Source: the human T2T-CHM13v2.0 reference genome, Homo sapiens
Assembly: GCF_009914755.1 (NCBI RefSeq)
Contig: NC_060938.1
DNA length: 64,000 nucleotides
Reading direction: 5' to 3' (one strand)
In this document: piece by piece, positions 12,720-33,063 of the stretch
How positions within the stretch are numbered: position 1 is the stretch's first letter
Layout: the number at the start of each line of letters is the position of its first letter
The notes under the pieces: generated by a model
Seen by the model: only the letters and a program-made list of their open reading frames with translations
Told to the model about the DNA's origin: nothing
Databases searched by the model: none
Made by a program: the position numbers and the translations under genes

Positions 12720-12940
12720 CACATATAGCTCATAGCTCTTTTCCAGTGCCAGTCACTGTTCTAAGCATGTTATGTATATGAGCCAAATTAAGTCTTAGAA
12801 AACCTTAAGATTTAAATTATACTATGGTCTCCATTTTACAATGAGAAAACTTAGCTACAAAGAGCTCTGGTCCCAAGGTTGCACAGAGACATATGGCTCA
12901 GGCCCAGGTAGTCTGTCTCCAGTCTTCATACTCGCTGTGG
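12720..12940. mobile_element. MIR
   Basis: ctccattttacaatgagaaaact...cccaaggttgcacag core. Confidence 0.7.
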
Positions 12941-12959
12941 TGATTTTTACCAGTGTACC

Positions 12960-14380
12960 TTAATTTATGAATCCTTTCCTGGAGTCCACTCTCCCTTGCA
13001 TGGCTGGATTTTTATCATCAAAGAGGATTTGTGCTGTTTTTATTTTTTCAAGGAGAGCTCAGAGGTGCTGTTTTGTTTGAGTTTCCCCATGCTAGAGAGT
13101 CTTTCTTTTGCCTTTATACATGAAGAACAAATTTGTTGTTTACAAATCCTTAGATTATACTTTCCCATAGAACTTTCTGTGCTGTGCTCTATTGTCTTCC
13201 AGAATAGATGATTTTCATGGTGAAGTCTGAGGGCCACTTGATTTTTCTCTCTTGTATGTAAATTTTTCTTTTATGCTTTGTGTGTAACTTTTGCTTTTCT
13301 CTGTCTGGGTTGGTTCTTTTCCCTTCCTTAGGATACATCTTGGTTTTGTTTATTCTACCTCACTTTTTCCTGGGACATTGTGGTCTTTTGTCCAGAAAGT
13401 TGAAGTATTTGTTTTGGAATAGTTTTCTTCTATCATATTTTGGAAAGAATTTCTTAAAAATTCACTTGTTTTGTTCTAGTCTTCTCTGGTATTCTATAAA
13501 GGAATAGCAGCTGTGTGTACATTAGATTTCTCTTTACTTTCACATCTGTCATCTTCACTATTTTTTTTTCTCATTGCTCTTTCCATCTCTTTTGGCGGCT
13601 CTAAAAAAACCTGTCCTTTATGATGCTTTTAATTGTATTTTTCCATTTTTATTTATCATGTAGTGTTTTGGGGTAATGGTTTATATTCTGTTCTATCCCC
13701 CCCCCGAGCTCTACTGGTTTTCCTTTATTCCCTATTGTGTTTGGAATTCTTGTTCTGATTCCTTGGATAATTCCTTTGTTTGCATATATTCTTTATCTGT
13801 ATTTTGACTTATATTCCTTTACTCTTTTTCTTTTCTTTCTTCCTTTGGTGGATAGTGCCTGGGCTGGTGTATTTCTGATGTCAATAGCGGGGAGGTCCTA
13901 GTGGGAGGAGGTGAGGAGTGAAGTTGAGCAATCTTCAGCTTCCCAGAACTGTGACTTCCTCTTTCCTAAGCTTCATATAATCATCATATTTAGCATTCTG
14001 GAGGTAAATGTGGTGTCCAGTGAAATCCCTTAAACTACCTTTCTCAACTATGAGACCAGGTCATAGATAAACAGACTATTGCTATCACGATCTCTCTTTC
14101 AGTACCTTTCCCCTGCCACTGTCCAATGCAGAATCAATGTCTCCTTAGGTGCCTGTACTGCTTCTCCCATCATCTCCCATGTCCTTGGATCTTGGAGCTT
14201 TAATCAAAGACTCTTTGGAACTGTCGCCTCTTCTCAGAAACGTATATACCCTGCTTGAGGGCCAAGGCTGTCAGTGTTCACCATCATTTCTGTTCAAATT
14301 TGAAAGTATTTGGCAAGCATTTCTCATGGTCGATGTTTAGAATTGTAGCATTTCCTTGTTCACTGAAGATGGGATTAGAA
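12960..14380 (-). mobile_element. Highly degraded L1M/HAL1-like sequence
   Basis: T-rich old L1 5'/ORF1-type sequence (aagtctgagggccacttgatttttct). Confidence 0.45.
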
Positions 14381-14389
14381 ATCTAGGAG

Positions 14390-14812
14390 TGACTTACCTG
14401 GGTGGTTTTAAATCAGGGTCTCTCATGAAGTTGCGTCCTCAAGGATTGAGTGGGCTTAGAGAATCCTCTGTCAATCTCACTCTCATGTTTGTTAACAGGT
14501 CTCAGTCCCTTGCTAGCTGTTGACCAGAGACTTCAGTTCCACACCACCTGGGCCTCTCCATAGGGCTGCTCACACATGGCAGCTTGCCCCCCAAGATGAG
14601 AGAGAGAGAGAGAGAAAGAGAACAAGAGAGCACCCAAAATGGAAACCACATTCTTTCATAGCCTGATTTGGACATGACAGCATTATCACTTCTGCTGTAT
14701 TCTGTTGGACACACAGACCAATCTTGGTACAATGTCAGAGGGGACTCCTCAAGAGTGTGAATTCCAGGAGGTAGGGCTCACAGGGGGCCATGTTGAAGGC
14801 TGGCTACCACAG
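14390..14812 (-). mobile_element. MLT1 (F/G/H-like) LTR containing (GA)n
   Basis: gggcctctccatagggctgctcacacatggcagcttgc...ggctggctaccaca. Confidence 0.7.
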
Positions 14813-15347
14813 GGGTATATGTATGTATGTGCACGTGTTTATATATGTGTGGATATATATGTGTATGTGTGTAATATGTTACACAATACACAACCATTTG
14901 TGTTTATAATGTTATAACATTATAATGTTTATAAAAATTCTAAATTGGAATACACTTAGTAAGATAGCTTCAAAATATGAATCAAAAACTGATAGAATTA
15001 CAAAAAGAAATAGAAAAGTATCTCATGATAGTGAATGATTTTAACTCACCTCATCCAATAAATCAAGTATATTTTAAAAATCAATAAAAATAAATAAATT
15101 TTGACTAAGTCATATAATAAACCCAATTTAAGGGACATATAGGACCCCGCAAAACAATTGGAGAATGCACATTCTTTTCACTGTCACAGAATCATGTGAA
15201 ATTTGACTAAATAGTCTATAATGCAAGGGTCAATATATTTTAAAGAATTGGAACCACAATTTCTGACCATGATGGAATTACAGTTGAAATCAATTTGTGA
15301 AAATTGACCATAACAATCCCATATACTAGGAAATTTAAAAACATTCA

Positions 15348-16430
<1,083 letters not shown>

Positions 16431-16667
16431 AATTAATTTATTTTAATTGAGAAACAAATATTGTATATATTTATTGTGTACAACATTATGTTTTGAAATA
16501 TGTATACATTGTGGAATAGCTAAATCAAGGTAATTAACATATGCATTACCTCATAAACATATCTTTTTTTGTGATAAGAACACAAAATCTACTCTGAGCA
16601 ATTTTAAAGAATATTATACATTGTTATTAACTATAGCCACATGTATACAAAAGGAAAAATCTTGTAT

Positions 16668-16988
16668 GGCCTTGTGTGGTGGCTCACGCCTGTAATCCCA
16701 GTGCTTTGGGAGGCTGAGACGAGCGGATCACTTGAGGTCAGGAGTTCGAAACCCACCTGGCTAACATGGTGAAATCCCATGTCTACTGAAAATACAAAAA
16801 TTAGCTGGCGTATTGGTGGGTGCCTGTAATCTCAGCTACTCAGGAGGCTGAGGCAGGAGAATTGGCTGAACCCAGGAGATGGTTGCAATGAGCCAAGATT
16901 GTGCCACCGCACTCCCGCCTGGGCAACAGAGCAAGACTCAGTCTCAAAAACAAAAAACAAAACAAAACAAAAAAAGAAAAAGAAAAAA
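16668..16988 (+). mobile_element. AluS
   Basis: Full dimer with A tail. Confidence 0.93.
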
Positions 16989-17741
16989 GCTTATAGACTT
17001 GCATGGGTCATTAAGAAAAGCCAAAAGCCTGAAAATTTTATTTTTTTTAAGACAGGGTCTCACTGTCACCCAGGCTGGAGATAATCAGCTGGTTAAAAAA
17101 TTTATAAATGTAGCAACAGAATATACCTAGGAGTATGAGAAATATGAAAATAATAAAGAATAGAGTAAAAGTGAACGAAATAGAAGACAAAGGTAAAAAA
17201 AGTTCAGTAGAGCAGAAAAATGGTTTTTGGAAATCACTAATAAAATTAACTTACCTCTGGTAGATTGGTTAAAAGAAGAGAGAAAGGGCACAAAAACACT
17301 GTATTATGAAACAAACAAAAACAAAAACAAAAATACTGTATTGGGAATGATAACTGGAACATAACCTAAGGAGCAGCAGAGATTGGAAAGAAATTAAGAG
17401 GAAAATTTTATGACAATAAATTTTAAAACAAATAAAAATGAACAAATGCCTAGAAAAATGTTACCAAAATTAACTAAAAAAACCCCCAAACCCCCGAGTA
17501 TTCCCTTAAATGCACAGAATTGATAATTTCAAATGGAATTCTCATAAAGAAAATAATAGTTCCAGATAATTGTGAAGACAAATTCTAATAAACATTGAAT
17601 GCAAACTCTTCTAGAGAATTGAATAAATAAGAATATTTATTTATTCTATGGATTTATTAAATTAATGACGTCAGAAGAGTGTAGTAACTATTAGAATTAA
17701 TCAGCAAAATATTTGATGAATTCATTTGTTAAATATTTAGC

Positions 17742-17862
17742 CATTACCTAATGTAGATGACGGGTTGATGGGTGCAGCAAACGACCATAGCACGTGTATA
17801 TGTATGTAACAAACCTGCACGCTCTGCACATGTACCCCAGAACTTAAAGTATAATAATAATA
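17742..17862 (+). mobile_element. L1PA extreme 3' end (~120 bp, 5'-truncated)
   Basis: gggttgatgggtgcagcaaac...agaacttaaagtataataat; 11-bp TSD aaatatttagc. Confidence 0.9.
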
Positions 17863-17894
17863 AAATATTTAGCTACTTTAAGGTAATTTGGGGA

Positions 17895-18206
<312 letters not shown>

Positions 18207-18954
18207 TTATTATATGCTCTATGATTTAGTTGACATAACTGAACTTACATCAGGTGATAAAAGTGCAACAGAATCCTGTTTTAAATTATCTTATTCATCT
18301 AGAGTACCAATACAACACAGCTGTTGTGCTGGGTTTTGAACTTTCTAGCAATCTGTGAGAGCATGGTGTTGCAGACATCCGTAAGCAGAGTTCAGTGTTA
18401 GCAGAGACCGTAGACTCTTCCCTAGGAATTACAGATAGGGAGGGCTTCTTCCCATATTACCCACATCCGTTCAAATTTGCTCAAACTTTTCCACTTAAAT
18501 AATCTTATATAAATAACTGAGTTGGTGCAATCCCTTTTCTCCCAGCATTCCAAAGAGAATCTGAATCTGGAAATGCAGTCTTTACCATGCAGTTTAAGAG
18601 CAATATCTTTAATTAACATGAAATGTAAATTCAGCCCTTTTCTCTCCCTGCTCTGCATCCTGCCAAAGTTTGGGTCTTGTGAAAATCTTCCTATTAGTTG
18701 CTGATGCCTGAAAAATCTTCTCATCAGTTCTCCCTGTGCCCCCCTCATGCTCTTGCTGGAATCCCTGGGGTTCTCCTTTTCTTTTGTGATCAAAGAAATT
18801 ATTTCTGCCCTAGATGTTTATGAATCACAGTTGCAGACTTCTGGCTGGTTTGTCTATTTTCTCCAAATTTATCTTTTTACTTCCAGTGGAAGCATCACTT
18901 CCAGCCTCTTCTGGAGGCCCTTTGTTTCCAACAGTCTGCCCTGTCTTTCCTGCA

Positions 18955-19195
18955 TGACATTATGCTCAAGGTATGGCTCTGGGGTTAGGTGTACTCATTT
19001 TGGGCCTACAGAACTCCTGTGTATCCTGGGCAATTTATTCAACTTTTTTTTCTGCTCTTTTTTCCTACCTGTTAACTGGGAACAAGGATTCCTATATTGC
19101 AGGGCAGTAATAAGGTTAGAATGAAATTAAGAGCTCAGCATGATGCTTGGAACACAGCACTCAATGCATGTTGACCACCGTTTGTATCATAATCC
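18955..19195. mobile_element. MIR
   Basis: tgtgtatcctgggcaatttattcaac...gcttggaacacagcactcaatgc. Confidence 0.6.
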
Positions 19196-19303
19196 CTATC
19201 CCCAAGGCCCATTTTCTTTGTATTATAGGGGTAAGTAAACCTTTACATTTTTTTATTATATCAATTATCTATTGACCTTATCCATTTGAAGGAAGGGCAC
19301 ATT

Positions 19304-19461
19304 TTTTTGTTTTCTTTTTTCAAATTTTTTAATATGTACTTTTTAGAGGCAGGGTCTCACTATGTTGCTCAGGCTGTCCTTCAGCTCGTGGGCTCAAGCG
19401 ATCCACTTTCCTTGGCCTCCCAAAATGCTGGGATTACAGGCATGGGCCACTGCACCTGGCC
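19304..19461 (-). mobile_element. FLAM / Alu left monomer
   Basis: Single monomer. Confidence 0.85.
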
Positions 19462-19514
19462 TCATTTTTAGATTTTGATATATAAATACCTTTTTGAGAC
19501 CTCGAGGAACATAA

Positions 19515-19843
<329 letters not shown>

Positions 19844-19983
19844 GTCGTGATGGGTTGTTTCTCTGATTGTCTTTAATGTACACATAACCTCCTTCTGAGC
19901 TGACATCAAGTCCTTGTGAAATATCTTAGCTATAGCATAGCAATGCCTCTTGCTTCAAGAACCCTTAAAAACTAGTTGATATT

Positions 19984-20282
<299 letters not shown>

Positions 20283-20719
20283 TTATATTTAAATATTGTA
20301 ATGCCAGATGAGATCATTTTCTCTGATTATTTCACAGATGTGCACAAGACAGTTTTTCTCATGCTTTAGCCCTTATTGGACCTCTTATCAGTGTTTTGCA
20401 CACTTGTAGGCCAAAAATTTTAGTCAGCAATTTCTAAAATGTTGCTTGCTAATGAAAAATAATAATGAAAAATTATGATAATCACTTCACATTTATAAGA
20501 GGGAAGATAATTATATGCAATTTTTGTCAAGGCAGCAATGACAATGGATAACTTCAGCTGTGGGTCACCTTAGTTTCTTATTTCTTATTGCTCCTTAATT
20601 AGAAAACCCAAACTCACAATCATAGGTTGCTGAGAATAGCAGTAGGTGTTGGTTTTTCTGTCATATAACTCTAGTTATTATTTGGATTGACATGGACTCC
20701 ATATTCTCAAACAATATCC

Positions 20720-21790
20720 CCCAACCCACAGTCATTTGCAGTGAGCCTTTGCTACTCCTCTCTTCAAGAGGCAAAGTCTATTCCATGTTCTATCCCCTGT
20801 GTATAGGTTTTCTATTACCACAGAAATTAGCACAAACCTAGCTTAAAATAAATTTATTATTTCACAGTTTCCATATGACAACAGGCCAGCACATTTTATA
20901 TGGGTCTTCCACTCAAGGTCTCACAAGGTTGAAATTCAAGTGCCATCCAGCACCCTCATTTAGAGGTTCTCCTAGGGAAAGCTCCATTTCCAAGCTCCCT
21001 TAGGTTATTGGCAGAATTCATTTCTTTCTGGTTGTAGGGCTGAGGTCCCCATTGCTTTGCCAACTGTTGACCATGGAACACTCTTAGCTGCCAGAGGCCA
21101 GTCTCAGATCCTTGCCATGTGCCCCCTCCCCATCTCAGTGATGGAGAACCTCTGTCTCACTGAATCCCACCCACACTTCAAATCTCTCTGACTTGCCCTT
21201 CTGCTACCAGCCAGAGAAAACTATGCTTTTAAAGGATGCATGGAATTAAGTCAAGCCCACCCACTGTGTCTTCAGGTCATTGATTAGTGGTCTTAATTAC
21301 ATATACAAAATCTCTTTTGCCATGTTACATAATCACAGGAGTAATACCAGGTGCCAGAGATCATGGGAGCCATCTGAGAATTCTGCTTCTATGCTAAATC
21401 TGGACTGGCCTCTGACTTGCTTTGTAAGTCGTGTGAAAGTGGCCCTAGGCCTTAAGAAGTCTTGCAGCCTCTTGTTTTGCTTTTTTGAAATGCTCCTTCT
21501 TAGAACCCAGATGCTATGTTCTGAGAAAGTTCAAGCTGGTCATGTGGAAGAGACGCAGGGTTCCTGTGGACAGCCCCAGCTGTGCTCCCAGCCAGCAGCC
21601 AGAATCAACTGCCAGTCATGTGAATAAGGCCACTCTCCCATAGTCCAGCCCCAGTTAAGCCATCCTACTCAACACGAAGAGACAAGCTGTTTCAGCTGAG
21701 CCCTGTCCAAATCGCAGGATTGCAAGCACACAAATGATTGTTGTTGTTTTAAGCCACTAAGTTTCAAGGTTGTTTGTTATGCAGAAATAT
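20720..21790. mobile_element. MLT1 LTR (+) interrupted by a second MLT1 (MLT1E-like, -, ~20798-21392)
   Basis: Outer ends ttttaagccactaagtttcaaggttgtttgttatgcag; inner has ttggcagaattcatttctttctggttgtagggctgaggtcccc. Confidence 0.7.
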
Positions 21791-21946
21791 ATAAATATAT
21801 AAGTAGTTTTAGGGCTCTATCAGGTGCTAAGACTGTAATAGATCACACTTAAATGCTGGGGTTTGAATGTGCTGGGTTAGGAGTGTGGGTAAATGGATTA
21901 TTATTTCATTCTTTCTTCACAGTGGACTCTGGAAATGACTGATTCA

Positions 21947-22309
<363 letters not shown>

Positions 22310-22411
22310 TTATATCCTAGGTGTCTGAAGAATCACCAAGAGTTAGTGAAAATTTAAGGTCTTAGTGACTGAGCCAATTGTACACATTTCAGTCTTCTGA
22401 AGAAACCCTGA

Positions 22412-22716
<305 letters not shown>

Positions 22717-22789
22717 AGAAATCCTGATATTTTATGCTCAACATTAAAAATCTAGATAGTTGGCACCTGAAGTTAGCTTCAGTTAGGCT

Positions 22790-24975
<2,186 letters not shown>

Positions 24976-25124
24976 TGACCTAGTTGAAATATTAAAACAA
25001 AACCCCACGTGAGCATTTTTCCCTTCAACAACTCATGTACTTCAGTATGGAAAAGTGGAGTTAGAGTTACTATACATTTCTTTACACAACATGCTAAAAA
25101 ACATATGGTGATTAAACAAGTAAT

Positions 25125-26200
25125 TAAATTGATGGCAACAGTGGGAGACAGATTTTTCACTGTTGGAGTGGGTGTTTATAGATAAGCAAAGGAAATAAGC
25201 TAGAATAATTTATGGAGTAATGGATTAGAGCTGGAGACAAACCTGTGAATTTATATTTAGCTTAATACATATATACAGATGATTATATATAGAAATACAG
25301 ATGCATGTAAATACACAGGTTGGTATACACACATATATTTCCTTGCTCTGACAGTCGAGTAGGCCTAGAAGCAATGACATCCTGGTAGTAATGAGCACAT
25401 CTAGCACCCAGATCTTGGTTTCGAATATCATTCTCCAATAAAGGGAATAGGGGCTCTTTGGAGAAATGACTGATTCTAGTAGTGTAAGAAAGTACAGTAC
25501 AACAGTGCTAAACACACACACACACGATGATGTGGGTATGTGAAAATCATATAGGAGTCAACTGAAAGAGCTCCCAATGGCCAAAGATGGAACAATTTTA
25601 GCAACAAAATAAAGAAGCACTGCATTTTAACTCAAAGGATAAAATAAATATCATGAGTCTACACTGATTCATCAACAGTGGTAAGTCGTGATGGTAGTAT
25701 GTACCCTGATATGGATATGACAAAAATGGCACTTCACCTCTGTGGTCTTCCTCTCCAGAACCAGAACCCCAGTCTAATCATGAGAAAAACATCACACAAA
25801 TCCCAATTAAGAGGTAACCTTCGCAATATCCTACCCGTATATTTCAAAACCGTCAAGGTTACCAAAAACAAAGAAGGTCTGTGAAATTGTCACAGCCAAG
25901 ACACACCTAAGGAGACATGACTATCAAATAGTTATTAATCAAATAGTCATTCTAGGATGGGATCCTGGAATAGAAAAGGGACATTAGATAAAAACTAAGG
26001 AAATCTGAATAAAGTATGGACTTTATTAATAATAATGTATCAATATTAGTTCATTAATTGTAACAGATGTACCACACTAATGTAAGATCTTAATAACAGG
26101 GGAAATGAGAACTCTGCTAGGAAATATGAGAACTCTCTGTACTACTTGTCACAATTTTTCTATAAATTGAATCTGTTCTAAAAGTAGTTTAATATAAAAA
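25125..26200 (+). mobile_element. L1MC/L1MD 3' end
   Basis: ggatcctggaatagaaaagggacattag...gaactctctgtactacttgtcacaatttttctataaat. Confidence 0.8.
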
Positions 26201-27636
26201 ATGTATAGTGAAACTTGATCATAGTCATAATTTCCACAATTTCCTTTAACATGGAACTGTGGACTGCCTGCTGTTCTCTTTGAATATAGTAGAGCACGCA
26301 TTGACATTCAGTTGGAGCCTCTTTTATTTGAATATCATTCTTGTAACATACCTATTTGATGCTTTGTCAGTGCTGATCTCAGCATACTTTTTCCTATTAC
26401 TGTTAGGACTTACGGAACTTTGGGCAACCAAGAAAATGATTAGCATGGATTTTCAGGCATAAGGAGAACAAAGTCATCCAGCACTTCTCACTCACAAATT
26501 GTATCACAATCCACTAAGGACTGATTTATGCCTTTGTACTTCTCAGTGATTTCCTCCTGCAGTAAAGTACTAGCATGCATAATGGATAATAACTGCTCTT
26601 CCACCTTATATGCTGTTATTATCTTCTACAACAAAATCATCAATTAAAAGATTTTACCAATAGCTTTTCCTGTCTTGTCTCTGAATATTATTTCCTTTGC
26701 AACTATTGTTCAGCAATACCATGACATATACCTCCTTTTAATAAGACTCATATGAATAAGCAATAGTCATTATTTCAGACTAGCAAATGTTATCTCTTTC
26801 ACATTGGAGAATATTAGTCTTTGTTTGTTTTGGAATAGGATAGATAATTGTTTCATGCCAGTGGTTGCTATGCAGTATTTAAATATCACACAAAGGATTC
26901 GGTGGCACCATACCACTATTTGACAACATTTGAAGCAGACAGCACACTGGAAACTAGAGAATCGATCGATAAATTAATAACATTCAATTTCAAAGATTCA
27001 TTGTATTTCCTCTTCACTCTTTTCATCTTTGGTTGCTTGTGGGAAATCAGAATACCCACAGATTTACTTGTCCCAACATGAATAGACTCACATTCTTTGG
27101 ATTCTTGTTCACTTTTTATGTTTGTGTTGTTCTCAATTATAGTGTGTCTATTACTACTTTCATTACTACATCTACACTTCAATGAACAACTTTTAAGCTA
27201 CCCTTTCACTTTTGTGATTTGGACATAAATAGACAAATAGTAGTTTCAAAATATGCGTACTCAATACACACAAATACCATTTAAATGGTATGAAAACACA
27301 CTCTCTGAGACAAAACATACTCTCTGATATATCACATTAACCAAAGGTAAGCTAAAGCAAACGGATTGAAGTAGTCCTTGTAACATATTTACAACTTCAA
27401 GGATGTAATGATTATTATGCATGGAATGGGATTCATAGGGACATCATATTTAATTACATGAATACCGGTCACATTTTAAAATGTTTAACAGTTTATTAGG
27501 TTTTGCTTGAAGCTTTAAAGTATGATAAGTTTCAGATGCCAAAAGTTCTGAGACCCTCATGTAGAAAGTTTAAAGTAGGTGTTCAAGAATCAATAGATTC
27601 TTGTTCTGCAGTGCTGTGAATGTTCTTTTTTTCTAC

Positions 27637-27760
27637 ACTGTCCAGTGCAGTAGCCACTAGTCACATGTGGCTATTGAGCACTTGAAATATGGCTAGTGTG
27701 AGTGAAGTTTTAATTTTATTTACTGTTTATTAATGTAAATTTAAATGGTGGAGGACAGCA
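27637..27760. mobile_element. MER3 (hAT-Charlie MITE)
   Basis: gtagccactagtcacatgtggctattgagcacttgaaatatggctagtg. Confidence 0.85.
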
Positions 27761-27769
27761 CAGGGTCGG

Positions 27770-28027
27770 ATATGTCTGAAGCCCTTCACCCACACCAAGA
27801 ATGTAGACGGGTCATGAAAGGAAGAATTGGAGAGAGCTGTAACATGGATTCTCCAACTCTTTGGATTTCCTTCAAAGAGTAGAGCTGGTGCATGGATGCA
27901 CCTCATTGAAGCCTGGTGAAATGAGCTCTGTTCAGAAATGTAAAGGATGAGAGAGGGGCTGGCTATCTGCTGACACGCAAATCAAAGTTTACTGGGACTA
28001 AGGCAGCCTGAATGTTTCCCAAGGCCT

Positions 28028-28082
<55 letters not shown>

Positions 28083-28720
28083 TATGGCGTGTGAGAGAGA
28101 GAGGGAAAGGGAGGTGTGAGTACCTATCCCAGATACTGTATGATAGGGCTTCCTGGACTGGTGATCAGGACCTAGCCGAGCAATTCTGAAGCTATCACCA
28201 GGTTTCCAGGAAGGCCATAGAAGGAATAAAGGGACCAGACAAATTTGAGGTGTGATTACTCAGGTCAAGGAAGCTGCAAGCAAAAGTTCTCCGATTGGGA
28301 AGTCTCTGAAGAAACCATGAAAGTTACCCACAAACGAGGGTCAGCTTTAAACATTTGCCAAGACCAAAGTTTTCAAGGCCATCTTAGGTCAATTAGGGGG
28401 ACGTTCCCTGTCTTCCTTGTCTCTTCCTCCCACCCACTCCCCTCCTTGCCTAAGGGGTCAGACATGGTTAGTATGTAGGACAACAGGGAGTGTCTGAGCC
28501 CAGATATTCTACTTCTGACTAAAGTCTGTTTGGGTATTTCAAGTCAAAGTATGGATTTTTAGTTCCTAAAAGCAATCAGAAAAGTTGTAAGACTGCCTGG
28601 GTTTCATTCAGAGGAAGAAGAACTTGCCCCATCTAATGAATTTGAAGGGGTAGTGAAAGGCAAAATTAAATTGCTTCATGATTATGGCTCATGAGTCCAG
28701 CTTGTTCAGTATTCTAGGTA
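27770..28720 (+). mobile_element. Old LTR-like element (LTR78-like; uncertain)
   Basis: 3' end attaaattgcttcatgattatggctcatgagtccagcttgttcag. Confidence 0.35.
28032..28081. repeat. (GT)n microsatellite, ~25 units
   Basis: Pure dinucleotide run. Confidence 0.98.
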
Positions 28721-28799
28721 TATATGTGAACAAAAGTTTCATCACTTTTTCCTCTGAAATAGACCACTAGAAAGCCACTCTGGTGATGTACCTGTGACC

Positions 28800-29696
<897 letters not shown>

Positions 29697-29779
29697 TTTT
29701 GGAGCCCTTTTTAAGAAAAATTGTTTAAAATTGTCCTGCTTTTTCACAGTTTACAAAAATATACGACCAGATGAATGTA

Positions 29780-29888
29780 TTGGTAGGATCTGCCTTCTCC
29801 CCCCAGGCTAGGGTCTTGGAAGGAGCTTGTGTAAGTGAAGGGTTCTAAAGCTTAAGCTTCTTTAGTTTCATGGTAAATTAGTCTCTGG
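29780..29888 (-). mobile_element. MER53-like hAT MITE fragment
   Basis: aagcttaagcttctttagtttcatggtaaattagtctctg. Confidence 0.6.
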
Positions 29889-29889
29889 C

Positions 29890-30160
29890 AGCCTTTCTGT
29901 TTTTGGGTATTGTTGTATTTATGGGACAACTGGAACTGTGGCAGCCATCTTGGGACCATGAGGAAAGTCAGGTTAAGAGGACAAGCCAAGATGCTGAGGG
30001 CTGCACAGGGCAAAGAGAAAAAGAAACTTGTTAGAAACACTGAGCGCCTAAATTTCTCAACCTTGGAAGCCTTCTAAGTGCAGACTTCTTGGTGAAATGA
30101 TAAATATATTAATGTTTAAGCCTCTCTCCAATAACTTGTAGGCAAAGACATCCAAACAAA
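29890..30160 (+). mobile_element. Old MLT1 fragment
   Basis: ctggaactgtggcagccatcttgggaccatgagg. Confidence 0.55.
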
Positions 30161-30509
30161 AACTACCACCATGCACTCTCTCCATTGTTTCATACACATT
30201 CACACATACACACAAATAACCCTAAATATGTGGAAAGGAGGTAATCTCAGAATATACGATGATCCTTTACATCAAATTAATTTGCTTTGTGAAAAACTCA
30301 ATTCATTGTCCTACCTTTTCTCATTGGCTGTATACCCAAGGAAAACTTTATCGTGGCATTTGGGAAGCACTGGTCTAGACCAGAGATACTCAACAGTGTG
30401 GTTCATGAGCTAGGGTCAGTCCCAACTGTTCCTTACCAGCCTATCATGAGACAAGCACAGAGATGGAGAGGAAGAATTTAGAAATTTTTTGTAGCATTTG
30501 GAGATGTGA

Positions 30510-31620
<1,111 letters not shown>

Positions 31621-32229
31621 TGCTTTGTTTTTTAATTTGATTTTTCTAGTATAGTAATCTATTTTCATTGTATCTACTAAAAGTGTCAGTCTGCAACAGA
31701 TTAGGAAAAAATAAAACAAAATTCATTCCTTCCTACAGATAGTTTGAGAAGCACTGTTCTAAACCACTATTGTTCCAGCCTTAGTATTTCATATTCTCAA
31801 TTTCTCCCAGCGAAATCATTGGTTTATTCTGAATACAATTCTGTCTTCTCAGTTAAAGTATTAGGCATAGGGCTTCTAAATTTGAATCTTTAAGAAAAGG
31901 TAAATTACCTTTTTAAAAGAGTCTCTTTTTTTGGCAGTAAATCCTGGACGTCTTACAAAGCATTCGAAAGAGCACACAAACCCCCAGCTATGAAGGAAAC
32001 AGAAAATGTATTGTTTATAAGTCAAGATCTTTATCCAAGGGGCTTTAATAAAATTTAAGCCACAAGTTCTAGAAATATAGAAACCAGAGCATAGCCACAG
32101 TGACGACTTACTGCATTCTGATTTGTGTTGCCTAGTTGCCATGTGTTTTTATTTTTCTTTCTTTCTCTCTTAGTTCCACTATAGCAAGTACTTTGAGCAT
32201 TGAGAGTCAAAGTTTTCTTATTATTTCAT

Positions 32230-32700
32230 ATTCCTCAGTAGGTCATCACTGTCATCTTCTTCTTTTAAAAAATGTCTTCCCTGATGTACTCATTTCGATT
32301 ATATAAGGAGTCCCCAAAACCTTCTTTCTTTTGGGAGTCTCTCTTTGATCCTTGTATTCAGAAACCTTGCTATAAAGAGGCTGCTTTGGGCTTTGATGAT
32401 AAAAGCTTCACATGGTGTGTGTTTCCTCTCTGGAACTTGATTCTTCCAGTTGCAAGGTTAGTGTTAAATAGTGTATACAAACCGTTGTATCCCACTTCCT
32501 TTGGTTTATTTTTGTAATTCATGAAAGTATAGCCATTTTATTCTTTGTTTACTGTCATAGCCTTTAATTTTTGGTTTACACTTCCTTTTTACTTTAGAAG
32601 CTTTTGACTTCATTTTGGAAAGTGAGTTCTAAATTCTTGCCTCACTTATTATGATAGACACAGCCATGAGCTTGATTTCATTTTCGTTGGTCAACCAAAA
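32230..32700 (-). pseudogene. Ancient L1-type ORF1p (Transposase_22 coiled-coil/RRM) fossil
   Basis: One frame: SEARI*NSL..KIKGYDSKQRIKWLYFHELQK*TKGSGIQRFV..PERKH..FIARFLNTRIKERL; spacing matches the L1 ORF1 pattern KLxDLENRSRRNNLRIxGLPExxEG..F..ERAHR..IIARFLNYxDKE. Confidence 0.6.
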
Positions 32701-32771
32701 ATGATGACCAACTATCGAGTAGCTGTGAGGGCTTTCCAACAATAGTTTGCCTTAAGGCTTTTACATCTCAC

Positions 32772-33063
32772 TTATTTATTTATTTTTTTGAGACAGAGCC
32801 TTGCTCTGTTGCCCAGGCTGGAGTGCAGCGGAGCAATCACTGCAACCTCTGCCTCCTGGGTTCAAGTGATTCTTGTGCCTCAGCTCCCAAGTAGGTAGGA
32901 TTACAGGCGTGTGCCACCATGCTCGGCTAATTTTTATACTTTTAGTAGAGATGGGATTTCACCGTAATGGCCAGGCTGGTCTTGAACTCCTGACCTCAAA
33001 TAATCTGCCTGCCTCAGCCTCCCAAACTGCTGGGATTACAGGAGTGAGCCACTGTGCCCAGCC
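32772..33063 (-). mobile_element. AluS
   Basis: Dimer; flanking ttacatctca / taaatctca. Confidence 0.94.

Noticed and set aside
18422-19124. 123-125 aa ORFs in unique/MIR sequence
   Set aside because: No recognisable homology; the second ORF runs into a MIR.
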